NCBI GenBank assembly: GCA_903909015.1
Contig: CAIVUE010000133.1
Location: forward strand, 1 to 50,060
Direction: 5' to 3'
DNA from: an uncultured Methylophilaceae bacterium
Lineage (GTDB): Bacteria > Pseudomonadota > Gammaproteobacteria > Burkholderiales > Methylophilaceae
Length of the DNA stretch: 50,060 bases
In this document: in pieces, positions 31,119 to 42,103 of the stretch
How positions within the stretch are numbered: position 1 is the stretch's first letter
Layout of the letters: every line of letters begins with the position of its first letter
The notes under the pieces: generated by a model
The model's database searches: none
Seen by the model: the letters and a program-made list of their open reading frames with translations, nothing else
What the model was told of the DNA's origin: nothing
Program-made: the position numbers and the translations under genes

Positions 31119-33359
31119 ATGAAATTTAGATTTCCAATTGTCATTATTGACGAAGACTTCCGCTCTGAAAACTCTTCAGGCTTAGGCATTCGAGTGCTTG
31201 CAAAAGCGATCGAAGAAGAAGGGTTTGAGGTTTTAGGTGTAACCAGTTATGGCGACCTAACTTCATTTGCGCAACAACAAAGCCGTGCATCAGCGTTTAT
31301 CTTATCAATTGATGATGAGGAAATCGTAGAGGAAAAACCCGAAGCGATTGAGCAATTACGCACATTCGTAACGGAAATTCGTTATCGTAACGAAGAAATT
31401 CCTATTTTCTTGCATGGTGAAACGCGCACCTCTCGCCATATTCCAAACGACGTATTGCGTGAGTTGCATGGCTTTATTCATATGAATGAAGATACGCCAG
31501 AGTTTGTGGCACGTTTAATCATTCGTGAAGCTAAAGCTTATTTGGATAGCCTTCCACCGCCGTTCTTTAAAGCATTAACCCATTATGCAGCAGACGGTTC
31601 CTACTCATGGCACTGTCCTGGACATTCTGGTGGCGTAGCATTCTTAAAATCACCTGTCGGTCAAATGTTCCACCAATTCTTTGGTGAAAATATGTTGCGT
31701 GCCGACGTTTGTAATGCGGTGGATGAACTTGGTCAATTACTTGACCATACCGGTCCTGTCGCAGCTTCCGAGCGGAACGCGGCTCGAATTTACAACTGTG
31801 ACCACTTATACTTTGTGACGAATGGCACTTCCACTTCAAATAAGATTGTTTGGAACTCAACCGTCGCCCCTGGCGATATAGTTGTCGTTGACCGTAACTG
31901 CCATAAGTCAGTATTACACTCAATCATTATGACAGGCGCAATTCCTGTTTTCTTAATGCCAACACGTAACCATTTCGGCATTATCGGTCCGATTCCGAAA
32001 GCCGAATTTGAGTGGGAAAATATCAAGAAAAAAATTGAAGCCAACCCATTTGCGACAGACAAAAATGCAAAACCACGAGTATTAACGATTACACAATCCA
32101 CATATGATGGTGTGCTGTATAACGTTGAAGAAATCAAAGAAATGCTAGATGGCAAGATTGATACCCTACATTTTGATGAAGCATGGTTACCACACGCTAC
32201 ATTCCACGACTTCTATGGCGACTACCATGCGATTGGAGCGGATCGCCCACGTTGTAAAGAATCGATGATTTTCTCAACACAATCAACACATAAACTACTT
32301 GCTGGCCTTAGCCAAGCATCACAAATCCTTGTGCAAGATGCTGACGGCATTCAATTAGACCGTGATGTATTCAATGAGGCTTATTTGATGCATACATCAA
32401 CCAGCCCGCAATATTCTATTATTGCCAGTTGTGACGTCGCTGCAGCCATGATGGAAGCCCCTGGCGGCACGGTACTCGTTGAAGAGTCCATTATGGAAGC
32501 ATTAGACTTCCGTCGTGCGATGCGCAAAGTGGATGAAGAATGGGGTGCTGACTGGTGGTTCAAAGTTTGGGGCCCAAACGATCTATCAGAAGAAGGCATC
32601 GAGGAACGCGAAGCTTGGATGCTTAAAGCCAATGAACGCTGGCATGGGTTCGGCAATCTTGCCGAAGGCTTCAATATGCTCGACCCAATTAAAGCCACTA
32701 TCATCACTCCAGGTTTGGATGTGGATGGCGACTTCTCTGATGAGTTCGGCATTCCAGCGGCTATCGTCACTAAATACTTAGCAGAGCATGGAGTGATTGT
32801 TGAGAAAACTGGCCTTTATTCGTTCTTTATCATGTTTACTATCGGCATTACCAAAGGCCGTTGGAACACCATGGTTGCTGCGTTGCAACAGTTCAAAGAC
32901 GATTACGACAAGAACCAACCATTATGGAAGGTACTGCCTGAGTTCGCAGCTAAATTCCCACGTTACGAGCGCACTGGCTTAAAAGATTTGTGCACGCAAA
33001 TTCACGAAATCTACAAAAAGAATGATGTGGCGCGCTTAACCACTGAGATGTATCTATCCAACATGGTACCAGCCATGAAACCGACTGATGCATTTGCAAA
33101 AATGGCGCACCGCGAAATTGACCGTGTATTGATTGATGAGTTAGAAGGTCGCATCACTGCAGTCTTGCTCACCCCATACCCACCAGGCATTCCACTGTTA
33201 ATTCCTGGTGAACAGTTCAATGCCATCATCGTTAACTACTTAAAGTTTGCACGTGAGTTTAATGAGCGCTTCCCAGGATTTGAAACTGATGTTCATGGCT
33301 TAGTCAAACAAGTGGTTGATGGTAAGGCAATGTATTATGTGGATTGTGTAGCTGCGTAA
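31119..33359 (+). CDS. Orn/Lys/Arg decarboxylase (fold type I, with N-terminal receiver-like wing domain)
   Basis: HCPGHSGG, VTNGTSTSNK, DRNCHKS, HFDEAW, PLP lysine QSTHKLL, STSPQY, PYPPGIP. Substrate cannot be assigned by eye. Confidence 0.93.
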   Translation: MKFRFPIVIIDEDFRSENSSGLGIRVLAKAIEEEGFEVLGVTSYGDLTSFAQQQSRASAFILSIDDEEIVEEKPEAIEQLRTFVTEIRYRNEEIPIFLHGETRTSRHIPNDVLRELHGFIHMNEDTPEFVARLIIREAKAYLDSLPPPFFKALTHYAADGSYSWHCPGHSGGVAFLKSPVGQMFHQFFGENMLRADVCNAVDELGQLLDHTGPVAASERNAARIYNCDHLYFVTNGTSTSNKIVWNSTVAPGDIVVVDRNCHKSVLHSIIMTGAIPVFLMPTRNHFGIIGPIPKAEFEWENIKKKIEANPFATDKNAKPRVLTITQSTYDGVLYNVEEIKEMLDGKIDTLHFDEAWLPHATFHDFYGDYHAIGADRPRCKESMIFSTQSTHKLLAGLSQASQILVQDADGIQLDRDVFNEAYLMHTSTSPQYSIIASCDVAAAMMEAPGGTVLVEESIMEALDFRRAMRKVDEEWGADWWFKVWGPNDLSEEGIEEREAWMLKANERWHGFGNLAEGFNMLDPIKATIITPGLDVDGDFSDEFGIPAAIVTKYLAEHGVIVEKTGLYSFFIMFTIGITKGRWNTMVAALQQFKDDYDKNQPLWKVLPEFAAKFPRYERTGLKDLCTQIHEIYKKNDVARLTTEMYLSNMVPAMKPTDAFAKMAHREIDRVLIDELEGRITAVLLTPYPPGIPLLIPGEQFNAIIVNYLKFAREFNERFPGFETDVHGLVKQVVDGKAMYYVDCVAA

Positions 33360-33372
33360 TAAGCACAGTTGA

Positions 33373-33416
33373 AAATAATAAAAAAGGCGCTAAATCAAGC
33401 GCCTTTTTTATTATTT
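33373..33416. terminator. Bidirectional intrinsic terminator
   Basis: Perfect 19-bp inverted repeat AAATAATAAAAAAGGCGCT-AAATCA-AGCGCCTTTTTTATTATTT between the decarboxylase and folA. Confidence 0.92.
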
Positions 33417-33424
33417 AAACATGG

Positions 33425-33907
33425 TTAAGTTCTCTGATAACTAATATAACTAAACCCTAAGCCATTAGCAGACCGATGAAGTTCTCGATCTCCTACTTGC
33501 CATTTAGACAGATCAAATTCAGGGAAAATTGCATCCCCTTCATACTCCGCATCAATCTCAGTGATGTAGAGCTTTTTAGCAAGCTTTAAGCCATCTTTAT
33601 AAAGCTCTGCACCACCAATCAAGAACGCCTCATTATCATCGCCACAAGCGGCAATTGCAGCTGCTAGGCTATGCACAACAATCGCCCCCTCAACCTTGTA
33701 ATCTGGATTACGCGTGACGATGACCGTCGTTCTACCAGGCAATAACCGACCAAGAGAATCGTAGGTTTTTCGACCCATAATAATATGATGGCCTGTTGTT
33801 AAAGCACGAAAGCGTTTCAGATCCTCAGGCAAATGCCAAGGTAAGGTATTGTTAACGCCGATGACACGATTTTTAGCAATCGCAACGATTAAGGATAAAC
33901 ATGCCAT
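33425..33907 (-). CDS. folA: Dihydrofolate reductase
   Basis: Start moved to MACLSLIVA (33907, 1 nt after the thyA stop); LPWHLPEDL, IMGRKT, LPGR, IGGA. Confidence 0.96.
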   Translation of the reverse strand: MACLSLIVAIAKNRVIGVNNTLPWHLPEDLKRFRALTTGHHIIMGRKTYDSLGRLLPGRTTVIVTRNPDYKVEGAIVVHSLAAAIAACGDDNEAFLIGGAELYKDGLKLAKKLYITEIDAEYEGDAIFPEFDLSKWQVGDRELHRSANGLGFSYISYQRT

Positions 33908-33908
33908 A

Positions 33909-34703
33909 CTAAACCGCGACCACACCTTTGATTGGAGGGTGCGGATCATAACCATCTAGCGTGAAGTCTTCAAATTTGAATTCAAAAATATCTTTTACAT
34001 TCGGATTGATGTGCATGGTTGACAAAGCACGCAAATCCCGAGTAAGTTGTTCATTCACTTGTTCAAAATGGTTGCTATAAATATGTGCATCGCCAAGTGT
34101 ATGAACAAAATCACCAAGTTTTAATTCACACACTTGCGCCACCATCATGGTGAGTAAGGCATAAGATGCGATATTAAATGGCACACCCAGAAATATATCT
34201 GCACTTCGCTGGTAAAGCTGGCAACTTAATTTTCCATCCGCCACATAAAACTGGAAGAAAGCATGACATGGTGGCAATTTCATTTGATCCACATCGGCCA
34301 CGTTCCAAGCAGACACTATCAAACGACGGGAATCAGGATTATTCTTAATCATGTTCACCACTTGCGTTATTTGGTCGATATGCGTGCCATCTGGCTTCGG
34401 CCAATTGCGCCATTGATAACCATAAACAGGTCCTAAATTGCCATTTTCATCCGCCCATTCATCCCAAATACGTACGCCATTCTCTTTTAGATACGCAATG
34501 TTGGTGCTGCCTTGCAAGAACCAGAGCAATTCATGAATAATGGATTTCAGATGAACTTTTTTAGTAGTAAGAAGCGGGAAGCCTTTATTTAAATCAAAAC
34601 GCATTTGATAACCAAAAACAGAAAGCGTACCTGTACCAGTCCGATCTTCTTTTTTGTTGCCATTTGAAAGCACATGGCGCACTAGGTCTTGATATTGTTT
34701 CAT
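33909..34703 (-). CDS. thyA: Thymidylate synthase
   Basis: [39 protein letters not shown]. Confidence 0.98.
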   Translation of the reverse strand: MKQYQDLVRHVLSNGNKKEDRTGTGTLSVFGYQMRFDLNKGFPLLTTKKVHLKSIIHELLWFLQGSTNIAYLKENGVRIWDEWADENGNLGPVYGYQWRNWPKPDGTHIDQITQVVNMIKNNPDSRRLIVSAWNVADVDQMKLPPCHAFFQFYVADGKLSCQLYQRSADIFLGVPFNIASYALLTMMVAQVCELKLGDFVHTLGDAHIYSNHFEQVNEQLTRDLRALSTMHINPNVKDIFEFKFEDFTLDGYDPHPPIKGVVAV

Positions 34704-34714
34704 GCCAGCTCCGC

Positions 34715-36148
34715 TTAGGTATTAGCGACGATATAAGATTTTACTGCATCCACATCGGCGTTCATGATTTCGAAACGTTGTGGCAAATTCTCGATGCCTT
34801 CCAATGTTGCTGGGCGATCCGGTGCATGACCTAAAGCCTCAACAATGGCATCTTCAAATTTAGCTGGTAATGCAGTTTCTAATACGAGCATCGGCGTATT
34901 CAGATCGCGAAGCTCTATCGCCACCTTTAAGCCATCAGCTGTGTGCGTATCAATCACTACACCATACTTAGCTTCCGTCTCACGGATAGTATTCATGCGA
35001 TGGCTGTGGTTGCTACTACCAGAGACAAAACCGTAGCCCGCAATTTTTTCAAACAAGCCAGCTTGCTTAATATCGAAAGCACCGCCAGCATCCACCGATG
35101 ACCAAAGCTCACGTACCTTTGATGCGTCACGGCCAACTAAGTCGAATACAAAGCGCTCAAAATTTGAAGCTTTGCTGATGTCCATAGAGGGGCTTGATGT
35201 GTGATAAGTATTGGCTGAACCTCGTGGGCGATAAACACCTGTTTTGAAGAACTCATCAAGCACGTCATTTTCATTTGTTGCTACGACTAGCTTATCAATT
35301 GGCAAGCCCATCATACGAGCAATATGACCTGCACATACATTGCCAAAATTACCCGATGGCACCGCAAAACTAACTTTTTCAATATTGTTTTTTGTAACAG
35401 CAAAATAGCCTTTGAAGTAGTAAACCACTTGCGCAGCTACGCGCGCCCAATTAATAGAGTTAACTGCACCAATTTTATTCTCGATTTTAAAAGCATGGTC
35501 GTTAGATACCGCTTTAACAATATCTTGTGCATCATCGAATACGCCTTTCACAGCGACATTGAAAATGTTTTTGTCTTGCAGACTAAACATTTGAGCTGCT
35601 TGGAAACGGCTCATTTTTTGATGTGGCGAAAGCATGAATACGCTGACGCCCTTTTTACCTCGCATTGCATATTCAGCCGCAGAGCCAGTATCCCCAGAAG
35701 TCGCCCCTAAAATGTTAGTCGTCTCACCTTTTTTAGCGAGTACATATTCAAACAAGTTGCCAAGCAACTGCATAGCCATGTCTTTAAAAGCTAGGGTAGG
35801 ACCATTGGAAAGTGATAATAAATAAAGATTATTTTCCAGTTTAAGCGTAGGAGTAATATCCTCAGCATTCTGACCTTTACGGGTATAGCAATAGACCTCA
35901 GCACGATAAGTTTTATCAACAATCGAACGCAAATCTTGCGCTGGGATATCTTGCTCATCAATTAAACGACTTAAAACTTTAAAAGCTAAATCACGATAGT
36001 TCATGCCCCGCATTGCACTTAAGTCAGCATCACTAAAGTGTGGGTAGCTTTCTGGTAAATACAAACCGCCATCAGGCGCTAACCCGCCAAGCAAAATTTC
36101 ACTAAAACTTAAAGCGGGCGATTGACCACGGGTACTAATGTATTTCAT
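34715..36148 (-). CDS. thrC: Threonine synthase
   Basis: [47 protein letters not shown]. Confidence 0.97.
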   Translation of the reverse strand: MKYISTRGQSPALSFSEILLGGLAPDGGLYLPESYPHFSDADLSAMRGMNYRDLAFKVLSRLIDEQDIPAQDLRSIVDKTYRAEVYCYTRKGQNAEDITPTLKLENNLYLLSLSNGPTLAFKDMAMQLLGNLFEYVLAKKGETTNILGATSGDTGSAAEYAMRGKKGVSVFMLSPHQKMSRFQAAQMFSLQDKNIFNVAVKGVFDDAQDIVKAVSNDHAFKIENKIGAVNSINWARVAAQVVYYFKGYFAVTKNNIEKVSFAVPSGNFGNVCAGHIARMMGLPIDKLVVATNENDVLDEFFKTGVYRPRGSANTYHTSSPSMDISKASNFERFVFDLVGRDASKVRELWSSVDAGGAFDIKQAGLFEKIAGYGFVSGSSNHSHRMNTIRETEAKYGVVIDTHTADGLKVAIELRDLNTPMLVLETALPAKFEDAIVEALGHAPDRPATLEGIENLPQRFEIMNADVDAVKSYIVANT

Positions 36149-37461
36149 TTATTTAATTCTTCCATACGCAATTTCACAACACTGCCATCAATTGCCGGCA
36201 ATGCTTCAATTGCTTTAATTGCTGAATTCATATTATTTTCAACTGTGATGTGGGTCAGGATTACAATATCTGCTTCAGTCTCGCCATCTTGCGGCTCTTT
36301 TTGCATCATCGCATCGATAGAGATTTGTCTGTCGCCTAAAATCTTAGTCACTTCAGCCAACACACCAGGCTTATCTGAAGCACGCATACGCAAGTAATAA
36401 GCACTATTGATTTCACCTATTGGCAAAATTGGCGTTTTCGATGTTGATGTCGTGTCATGAAAAGCCAAATAAGGCACCCGCTGTTCAATGCTGGCACTCT
36501 GCATACGCGCAACATCGACCAAATCAGCAATCACCGCACTTGCTGTAGGCTCTGCACCTGCACCTGCACCATAATAAAGCGTAGGGCCAACTGCATCACC
36601 CTTCACAACCACTGCATTCATCGCGCCATTCACATTAGCAATTAAGCGTTTTTCAGGAATCAGTGCTGGATGCACGCGAAGCTCAATACCATTGGCGCTA
36701 TGTTTTGTAATGCCTAATAATTTCACGCGATAGCCAAGCTCTTCAGCGTAGCGTATATCTTTACTCTCAAGCTTAGTAATGCCCTCTGTAAATACTTTAT
36801 CAAACTGCATCGGAATACCAAAACCAATCGCAGACATAATCATGAGCTTATGCGCAGCATCAATACCCTCAACGTCAAATGTAGGGTCCGCCTCTGCATA
36901 ACCCAAGCGTTGGGCCTCACCAAGCACATCAGCAAATGCTAGGCCTTTGTCACGCATTTCTGTAAGGATAAAGTTAGTAGTGCCGTTAATAATGCCCGCA
37001 ATCCATTCAATCTTATTGGCTACCAAGCCTTCACGCAGGGCTTTAATGATTGGAATGCCGCCAGCAACGCCTGCTTCAAAAGCCACAATAACCCCTTTGG
37101 CTTTGGCGGCTGCGAAAATTTCGTTTCCGTACAAAGCAATCAAAGCTTTATTAGCCGTCACCACATGCTTGCCATTTTCAATGGCTTTCAGCACCAATTC
37201 TTTAGCTAGGGTGTAGCCCCCAATCAATTCAACAACCACATCAATATTTGGGTCATTCACCACAGAAAATACATCATCCGTCACTTCAGCATGGCCGTTG
37301 GTGAGTTTTTTTGCGAGTTCAACATTGCGGTCTGCGACTTTCACAATTTCAATTCCACGGCCAGCACGACGTGAAATCTCTTCTTGATTACGCGTTAATA
37401 CGGTGTATGTTCCGCCCCCAACTGTGCCGATTCCAAGCAAACCAACTTTTAATGACTTCAT
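36145..37461 (-). CDS. hom: Homoserine dehydrogenase with C-terminal ACT domain
   Basis: GIGTVGGG, VVTANKA, EAGVAGGIP, INGTTNFIL, LGYAEADPTFDV, DKPGVL. Confidence 0.97.
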   Translation of the reverse strand: MKSLKVGLLGIGTVGGGTYTVLTRNQEEISRRAGRGIEIVKVADRNVELAKKLTNGHAEVTDDVFSVVNDPNIDVVVELIGGYTLAKELVLKAIENGKHVVTANKALIALYGNEIFAAAKAKGVIVAFEAGVAGGIPIIKALREGLVANKIEWIAGIINGTTNFILTEMRDKGLAFADVLGEAQRLGYAEADPTFDVEGIDAAHKLMIMSAIGFGIPMQFDKVFTEGITKLESKDIRYAEELGYRVKLLGITKHSANGIELRVHPALIPEKRLIANVNGAMNAVVVKGDAVGPTLYYGAGAGAEPTASAVIADLVDVARMQSASIEQRVPYLAFHDTTSTSKTPILPIGEINSAYYLRMRASDKPGVLAEVTKILGDRQISIDAMMQKEPQDGETEADIVILTHITVENNMNSAIKAIEALPAIDGSVVKLRMEELNK

Positions 37462-37489
37462 ACTGTTCTTATACTTTCGTTAACGATTG

Positions 37490-38719
37490 TTATTTTGTGC
37501 CGTGCTGTTTGCGATACTGATCTAAGAAACGCGCTATTCTCGTAATCGCCTCTTTTAAATCATCCACATTAGGTAAGAACACCACACGGAAATGATCAGG
37601 TGTTTTCCAGTTAAAACCTGAACCCTGAACCAATAAGACCTTTTCTTCCAAAAGCAAATCAAGAATAAATTGCTGGTCATCCTCAATTGGATACATTTTT
37701 GGATCAAGCCTTGGAAATAAGTACATTGCCGCCGCTGGTTTGTAACAAGTAACGCCTGGAATAGAGGTCAGCATGTCATAAGCTAAATCACGCTGTTTAC
37801 ATAAGCGACCATCTGGCGCAACCAAATCATCAATACTCTGATATCCACCCAAAGCGGTTTGAATGCCTAACTGACCCGGCACGTTGGCACAGAGACGCAT
37901 CGATGCCAGCATATTGAGACCTTCGATATAGTCTTTGGCGTGCTTTTTCTCACCCGAAATAATCATCCACCCAGCACGATAACCACAAGTGCGGTAATTT
38001 TTAGATAACCCGTTGAACGTTACAAACAGCACATCATCTGCAAGCGAAGCGATTGAAGTATGCGTATTTCCGTCGTACAAAACCTTGTCATAAATCTCAT
38101 CCGCAAAAATGACGAGATTGTGATGACGCGCGATTTCTATAATGCCGTGCAAAATTTCATCAGGATACAAAGCACCTGTTGGATTATTTGGGTTAATAAT
38201 GACAATACCGCGGGTATTAGCAGTGATTTTTGATTCAATATCTTTTAGATCTGGCAGCCATCCTGAAGCCTCATCACAGACATAGTGGCGCGCTGTTCCC
38301 CCAGCCAAGTTAACAGCTGCGGTCCACAATGGATAATCTGGCGCTGGCACTAGCACTTGGTCACCATTATTGAGCAAGCCTTGCATCGCCATCACAATGA
38401 GCTCAGATACGCCATTACCGATGATAATGTCATCGATCGTGACCCCATCGATATTCTTTTGTTGGGTGTAATGCATAATGGCTTTACGGGCGGCAAACAA
38501 CCCTTTAGAGTCTGTGTAGCCGGATGCTTGATCCATATTGCGAATGACGTCCTGCAAGATTTCTTCAGGTGCTTCAAACCCAAATGGCGCCGGATTGCCA
38601 ATGTTCAATTTAATGATGCGATGACCATCTTCTTCCATCTTTTTCGCGCGCGCCAATACAGGCCCACGAATGTCGTAGCACACATTATTAAGCTTGGAAG
38701 ATTTGAGTAAAGGTTGCAC
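37490..38719 (-). CDS. alaA: PLP-dependent class I aminotransferase, AlaA/YfbQ type
   Basis: YDIRGP, KLNIGNP, NGVSELI, NPNNPTG, DEIYDK, NGLSKNYR; GTG start. Confidence 0.9.
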   Translation of the reverse strand: MQPLLKSSKLNNVCYDIRGPVLARAKKMEEDGHRIIKLNIGNPAPFGFEAPEEILQDVIRNMDQASGYTDSKGLFAARKAIMHYTQQKNIDGVTIDDIIIGNGVSELIVMAMQGLLNNGDQVLVPAPDYPLWTAAVNLAGGTARHYVCDEASGWLPDLKDIESKITANTRGIVIINPNNPTGALYPDEILHGIIEIARHHNLVIFADEIYDKVLYDGNTHTSIASLADDVLFVTFNGLSKNYRTCGYRAGWMIISGEKKHAKDYIEGLNMLASMRLCANVPGQLGIQTALGGYQSIDDLVAPDGRLCKQRDLAYDMLTSIPGVTCYKPAAAMYLFPRLDPKMYPIEDDQQFILDLLLEEKVLLVQGSGFNWKTPDHFRVVFLPNVDDLKEAITRIARFLDQYRKQHGTK

Positions 38720-38832
38720 GGCAAAAACCTAGGCAGAAAAATGTGTTATCTTACCCGCGAAGGCCACATCAGGCAATCAATCAAGCTATTTTCAGGCCAA
38801 GCGATTCAACCAATTGAACATGAGAAATTGAG

Positions 38833-39201
38833 ATGAAGTTACATTTAACACAAGCCGCTGGCAAACAGCTCATTACTGGATATAGCCAAGATTGGATTTC
38901 CATTAACAATCTTGTCTATCCGCAAAGCTTGGTTGTGCTTCCTGATGAATTATTGCTTGATTGGACTGTGGCTGGTTTTGAAAGCTTGAATGAGGAACAT
39001 TTTGAATGCTTATTAACCTATCGGCCTGAAGTGGTTTTACTAGGGACCGGCTCAACACATCGTTTTATTCGTCCATACTTAATTAAAGCTCTAACAGCCG
39101 CGAATATACCTGTGGAATGCATGACGACTGATGCGGCTTGTAGAACTTACAACATCCTAATGGCTGAGGGTCGCAAGGTGGCCGCAGCCCTCATTTTATA
39201 A
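38833..39201 (+). CDS. Mth938-like (DUF498/NDUFAF3-like) protein
   Basis: MKLH, PEVVLLGTG, ECMTTDAACRTYNILMAEGRKVAAAL. Confidence 0.92.
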   Translation: MKLHLTQAAGKQLITGYSQDWISINNLVYPQSLVVLPDELLLDWTVAGFESLNEEHFECLLTYRPEVVLLGTGSTHRFIRPYLIKALTAANIPVECMTTDAACRTYNILMAEGRKVAAALIL

Positions 39202-40083
39202 ATGCACCCTAGAAACAAACATCAAGGGCGTTACGAACTTGAAGCGCTTTCACTCGCAAATCCTGTACTTCAATCTTTCGTACAACCAAATGCCTACAAC
39301 GACCTGTCCATTGACTTTGCAAACCCTAAAGCCGTCAAAGCCCTGAATAAAGCGCTTTTAGCTCACCACTACCAGATCATAGACTGGCACATTCCAGACC
39401 AATTTCTTTGTCCACCCATTCCAGGACGCGCTGATTATATTCATTACTTAGCGGACTTACTTAGTGCTAATAAAAGCAAAAAAATAAGAGGATTAGATGT
39501 TGGCGTAGGCGCGAACGTGATTTATCCGCTGATTGGGCATCGTGAATATAACTGGGATTTTGTTGGAGTGGATATTGATGCGAGCGCAATCAAAAATGCT
39601 CAATCCATTGTGGATGCAAATGGGCTAAATTCATCAATTAAACTGAAGCTGCAAAGCAATCCTAATTATATTTTCAAAAACCTAATTCAAGCAGATGATG
39701 TTTTTGATTTCAGCATATGCAATCCCCCTTTTCACGCTTCACTCGAAGATGCGCAAGCTGGCACACAACGTAAAATTAATAGCTTAGCTAGAAATGCTGG
39801 AAAATATCCAGCAAAAACAACAATAGATCCAAAACTAAATTTTGGCGGGCATGGTGCAGAGCTATTTTGCGAAGGCGGCGAGCTTGGTTTTATACAACGC
39901 ATGATTAAAGAAAGTACTCTATATAAAAACCAGTGCACCTGGTTTACGACTTTGGTTTCCAAAGCAAGTAATTTACCTAAAATCGAACGGGCACTTAAAG
40001 CTGCTGGTGCCAAGAAAATAAAAGTCGTTGAGATGTCGCAAGGGCAAAAACAAAGCCGATTTGTGGCTTGGTCTTACATTTAG
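39202..40083 (+). CDS. rlmF: 23S rRNA m6A1618 methyltransferase
   Basis: MHPRNKH, LCPPIPGRADYIH, LDVGVGANVIYPL, CNPPFH, NFGG, MSQGQK. Confidence 0.95.
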   Translation: MHPRNKHQGRYELEALSLANPVLQSFVQPNAYNDLSIDFANPKAVKALNKALLAHHYQIIDWHIPDQFLCPPIPGRADYIHYLADLLSANKSKKIRGLDVGVGANVIYPLIGHREYNWDFVGVDIDASAIKNAQSIVDANGLNSSIKLKLQSNPNYIFKNLIQADDVFDFSICNPPFHASLEDAQAGTQRKINSLARNAGKYPAKTTIDPKLNFGGHGAELFCEGGELGFIQRMIKESTLYKNQCTWFTTLVSKASNLPKIERALKAAGAKKIKVVEMSQGQKQSRFVAWSYI

Positions 40084-40095
40084 AATGATTTCAAA

Positions 40096-40124
40096 AAAAA
40101 AGCCACCCAAAAGGTAGCTTTTTT
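40096..40124. terminator. Probable bidirectional terminator
   Basis: AAAAAAGCCACC-CAAAA-GGTAGCTTTTTT (one mismatch) between converging rlmF and fabB. Confidence 0.75.
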
Positions 40125-40140
40125 AATGCATTCAAAACGC

Positions 40141-41358
40141 TTACAAGTTTTTAGTTGAAAGCGTTAATGTTGCATTTGTTCCACCAAAACCAAAGCTATT
40201 TGAAAGCGCGGTTTCAATTTTTACGTTATCAATACGCTTGCGAACAATGTTCATGCCTTCAGCCGCTGGATCTAGATTTTCAATATTCGCTGAAGCAGCA
40301 ATGAAGTTATTTTTCATCATAATCAAGGTGTAAATCGCTTCATTCACCCCAGCTGCGCCAAGTGCGTGACCAGAGAGTGATTTAGTTGAAGCAATTGCCG
40401 TATCGCTATTGCCAAACACCGCACGAATCGCTTCCAATTCTTTAGTATCCCCAACCGGCGTACTTGTGCCGTGCGTGTTGATGTAATCAATTTTATCAAC
40501 GCCTACAATCGCTAACTTCATGCAACGCTCTGCGCCTTCACCACTTGGGGCAACCATGTCATACCCATCAGAAGTGGCCCCGTAGCCCACCACTTCAGCA
40601 TAGATTTTTGCGCCACGGGCTTTAGCGTGTTCATACTCCTCTAGCACCAAAATGCCACCACCGCCTGAAATCACAAAACCATCACGGTCTGCGTCATAAG
40701 TGCGTGAAGCCTTTTCTGGTGTTTCGTTGTATTTACTTGAAAGTGCGCCCATCGCATCGAACATAAAAGACAGCGTCCAATGTTCTTCCTCTGCACCGCC
40801 AGCAAACACAATATCTTGTTTGCCTAGTTGAATTTGCTCAACGCCAGCACCAATACAGTGTGCGCTTGTTGAACAAGCAGAACTAATTCCGTAATTCACG
40901 CCTTTAATTTTAGCGCCTGTAGCCAAACAAGCAGATACACCACTTGCCATTGCTTTTGTGACCATATACGGCCCAACGCGACGCACGCCTTTTTCTCGTA
41001 GGGTATCAATGCCTTCTAAAATACTTTCATGAGATGCACCGCCCGCACCCACAATCAAACCAGTGCGAACATTTGAAACCATTTCTTCAGGCAACGCCGC
41101 ATCAGCAATCGCTTCTTGCATTGCAAGCCAAGCATAAGCGTGACCCTTTGCCATAAAACGCATTAGCTTGCGGTCTATTAACTCTTCTACATTGAGGTTC
41201 TTAATTGATCCAGCCACATGCGAGCGCAAACCCATCTCAACATACTCTGGTTGGAATGTAATGCCTGAGCGGCCTTCATAAAGACTGTCTTTTACCTCAG
41301 CTACATTGTTGCCTAAGCTAGACACAATCCCCATGCCAGTAACGACGACACGACGCAT
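40141..41358 (-). CDS. fabB: 3-oxoacyl-ACP synthase I
   Basis: [20 protein letters not shown] (Cys), [11 protein letters not shown] and GHALGAAG (His, His), [10 protein letters not shown]; adjacent to fabA. Confidence 0.95.
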   Translation of the reverse strand: MRRVVVTGMGIVSSLGNNVAEVKDSLYEGRSGITFQPEYVEMGLRSHVAGSIKNLNVEELIDRKLMRFMAKGHAYAWLAMQEAIADAALPEEMVSNVRTGLIVGAGGASHESILEGIDTLREKGVRRVGPYMVTKAMASGVSACLATGAKIKGVNYGISSACSTSAHCIGAGVEQIQLGKQDIVFAGGAEEEHWTLSFMFDAMGALSSKYNETPEKASRTYDADRDGFVISGGGGILVLEEYEHAKARGAKIYAEVVGYGATSDGYDMVAPSGEGAERCMKLAIVGVDKIDYINTHGTSTPVGDTKELEAIRAVFGNSDTAIASTKSLSGHALGAAGVNEAIYTLIMMKNNFIAASANIENLDPAAEGMNIVRKRIDNVKIETALSNSFGFGGTNATLTLSTKNL

Positions 41359-41394
41359 AATACCGTTCTCCCGAACTAGTTTATTTTTGTAATT

Positions 41395-41910
41395 TTAGAA
41401 ATTATCCGTACTTGTAAACAAACCAACACGCAAATCATTCGCCACGTAAATTTCACGACCATCTAATTCCATACGTGCATCAGCAATACCCATCACCAAT
41501 TTACGCATAATCACACGTTTTAAATCGATGTAGTAAGTAACTTTTTTGCCTGTAGGTAAAACTTGTCCACTAAATTTAACTTCGCCAGCACCCAATGCAC
41601 GGCCGCGGCCAGGACCACCTTTCCAACCCAGGTAGAAGCCCACTAATTGCCACATAGCATCTAAGCCCAAACAACCTGGCATTACTGGGTCGCCTTCGAA
41701 GTGACAGCCAAAGAACCATAAATCAGGCTTCACATCTAGTTCAGCAATAATCTGGCCTTGACCATATTTACCACCTTCTTCAGTGATAGAAACAATGCGA
41801 TCAAACATCAACATTGGCGGCAAAGGTAATTGTGCATTGCCTGCACCAAACATCTCACCACGTCCACAGGACAAGAGTTCTTCGTAGGTAAAACTATTCT
41901 TTTTTTGCAT
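41395..41910 (-). CDS. fabA: 3-hydroxydecanoyl-ACP dehydratase/isomerase
   Basis: [33 protein letters not shown]; catalytic Asp (LGLD) rather than the FabZ Glu. Confidence 0.96.
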   Translation of the reverse strand: MQKKNSFTYEELLSCGRGEMFGAGNAQLPLPPMLMFDRIVSITEEGGKYGQGQIIAELDVKPDLWFFGCHFEGDPVMPGCLGLDAMWQLVGFYLGWKGGPGRGRALGAGEVKFSGQVLPTGKKVTYYIDLKRVIMRKLVMGIADARMELDGREIYVANDLRVGLFTSTDNF

Positions 41911-42000
41911 TCGGTTACCTAACCTTTTTAAAAGTTCTACTATTTTCGCTGGAAAATCATTTAAGTGAAAGCCCTAATCTCAATTTATGCACTAAATTAA

Positions 42001-42024
42001 GGGGTATACAGATCTGTTTACACC
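42001..42024. promoter_or_regulatory. Operator-like palindrome in the divergent fabA/mxaR intergenic region
   Basis: GGGGTATACAGATCTGTTTACACC: 10 of 12 symmetric pairs match. Confidence 0.55.
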
Positions 42025-42103
42025 ATGCCAAATCTCCGCTACTATTTGTTACAATTTATTTCTTCCTATTCATTTTCATTAACTTTACTTACGGGACGAA
42101 CCC

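Noticed and set aside
23740-33416. Long perfect inverted repeats (23740-23787, 33373-33416) as MITE or REP elements
   Set aside because: Their stems differ in sequence, and each sits between convergent genes with A/T tails, as expected for bidirectional terminators.
31100-38720. Apparent slight GC elevation suggesting a foreign island
   Set aside because: All genes are core housekeeping with no mobility genes or flanking repeats; I cannot quantify the shift by eye, and expression-linked codon bias would explain it.
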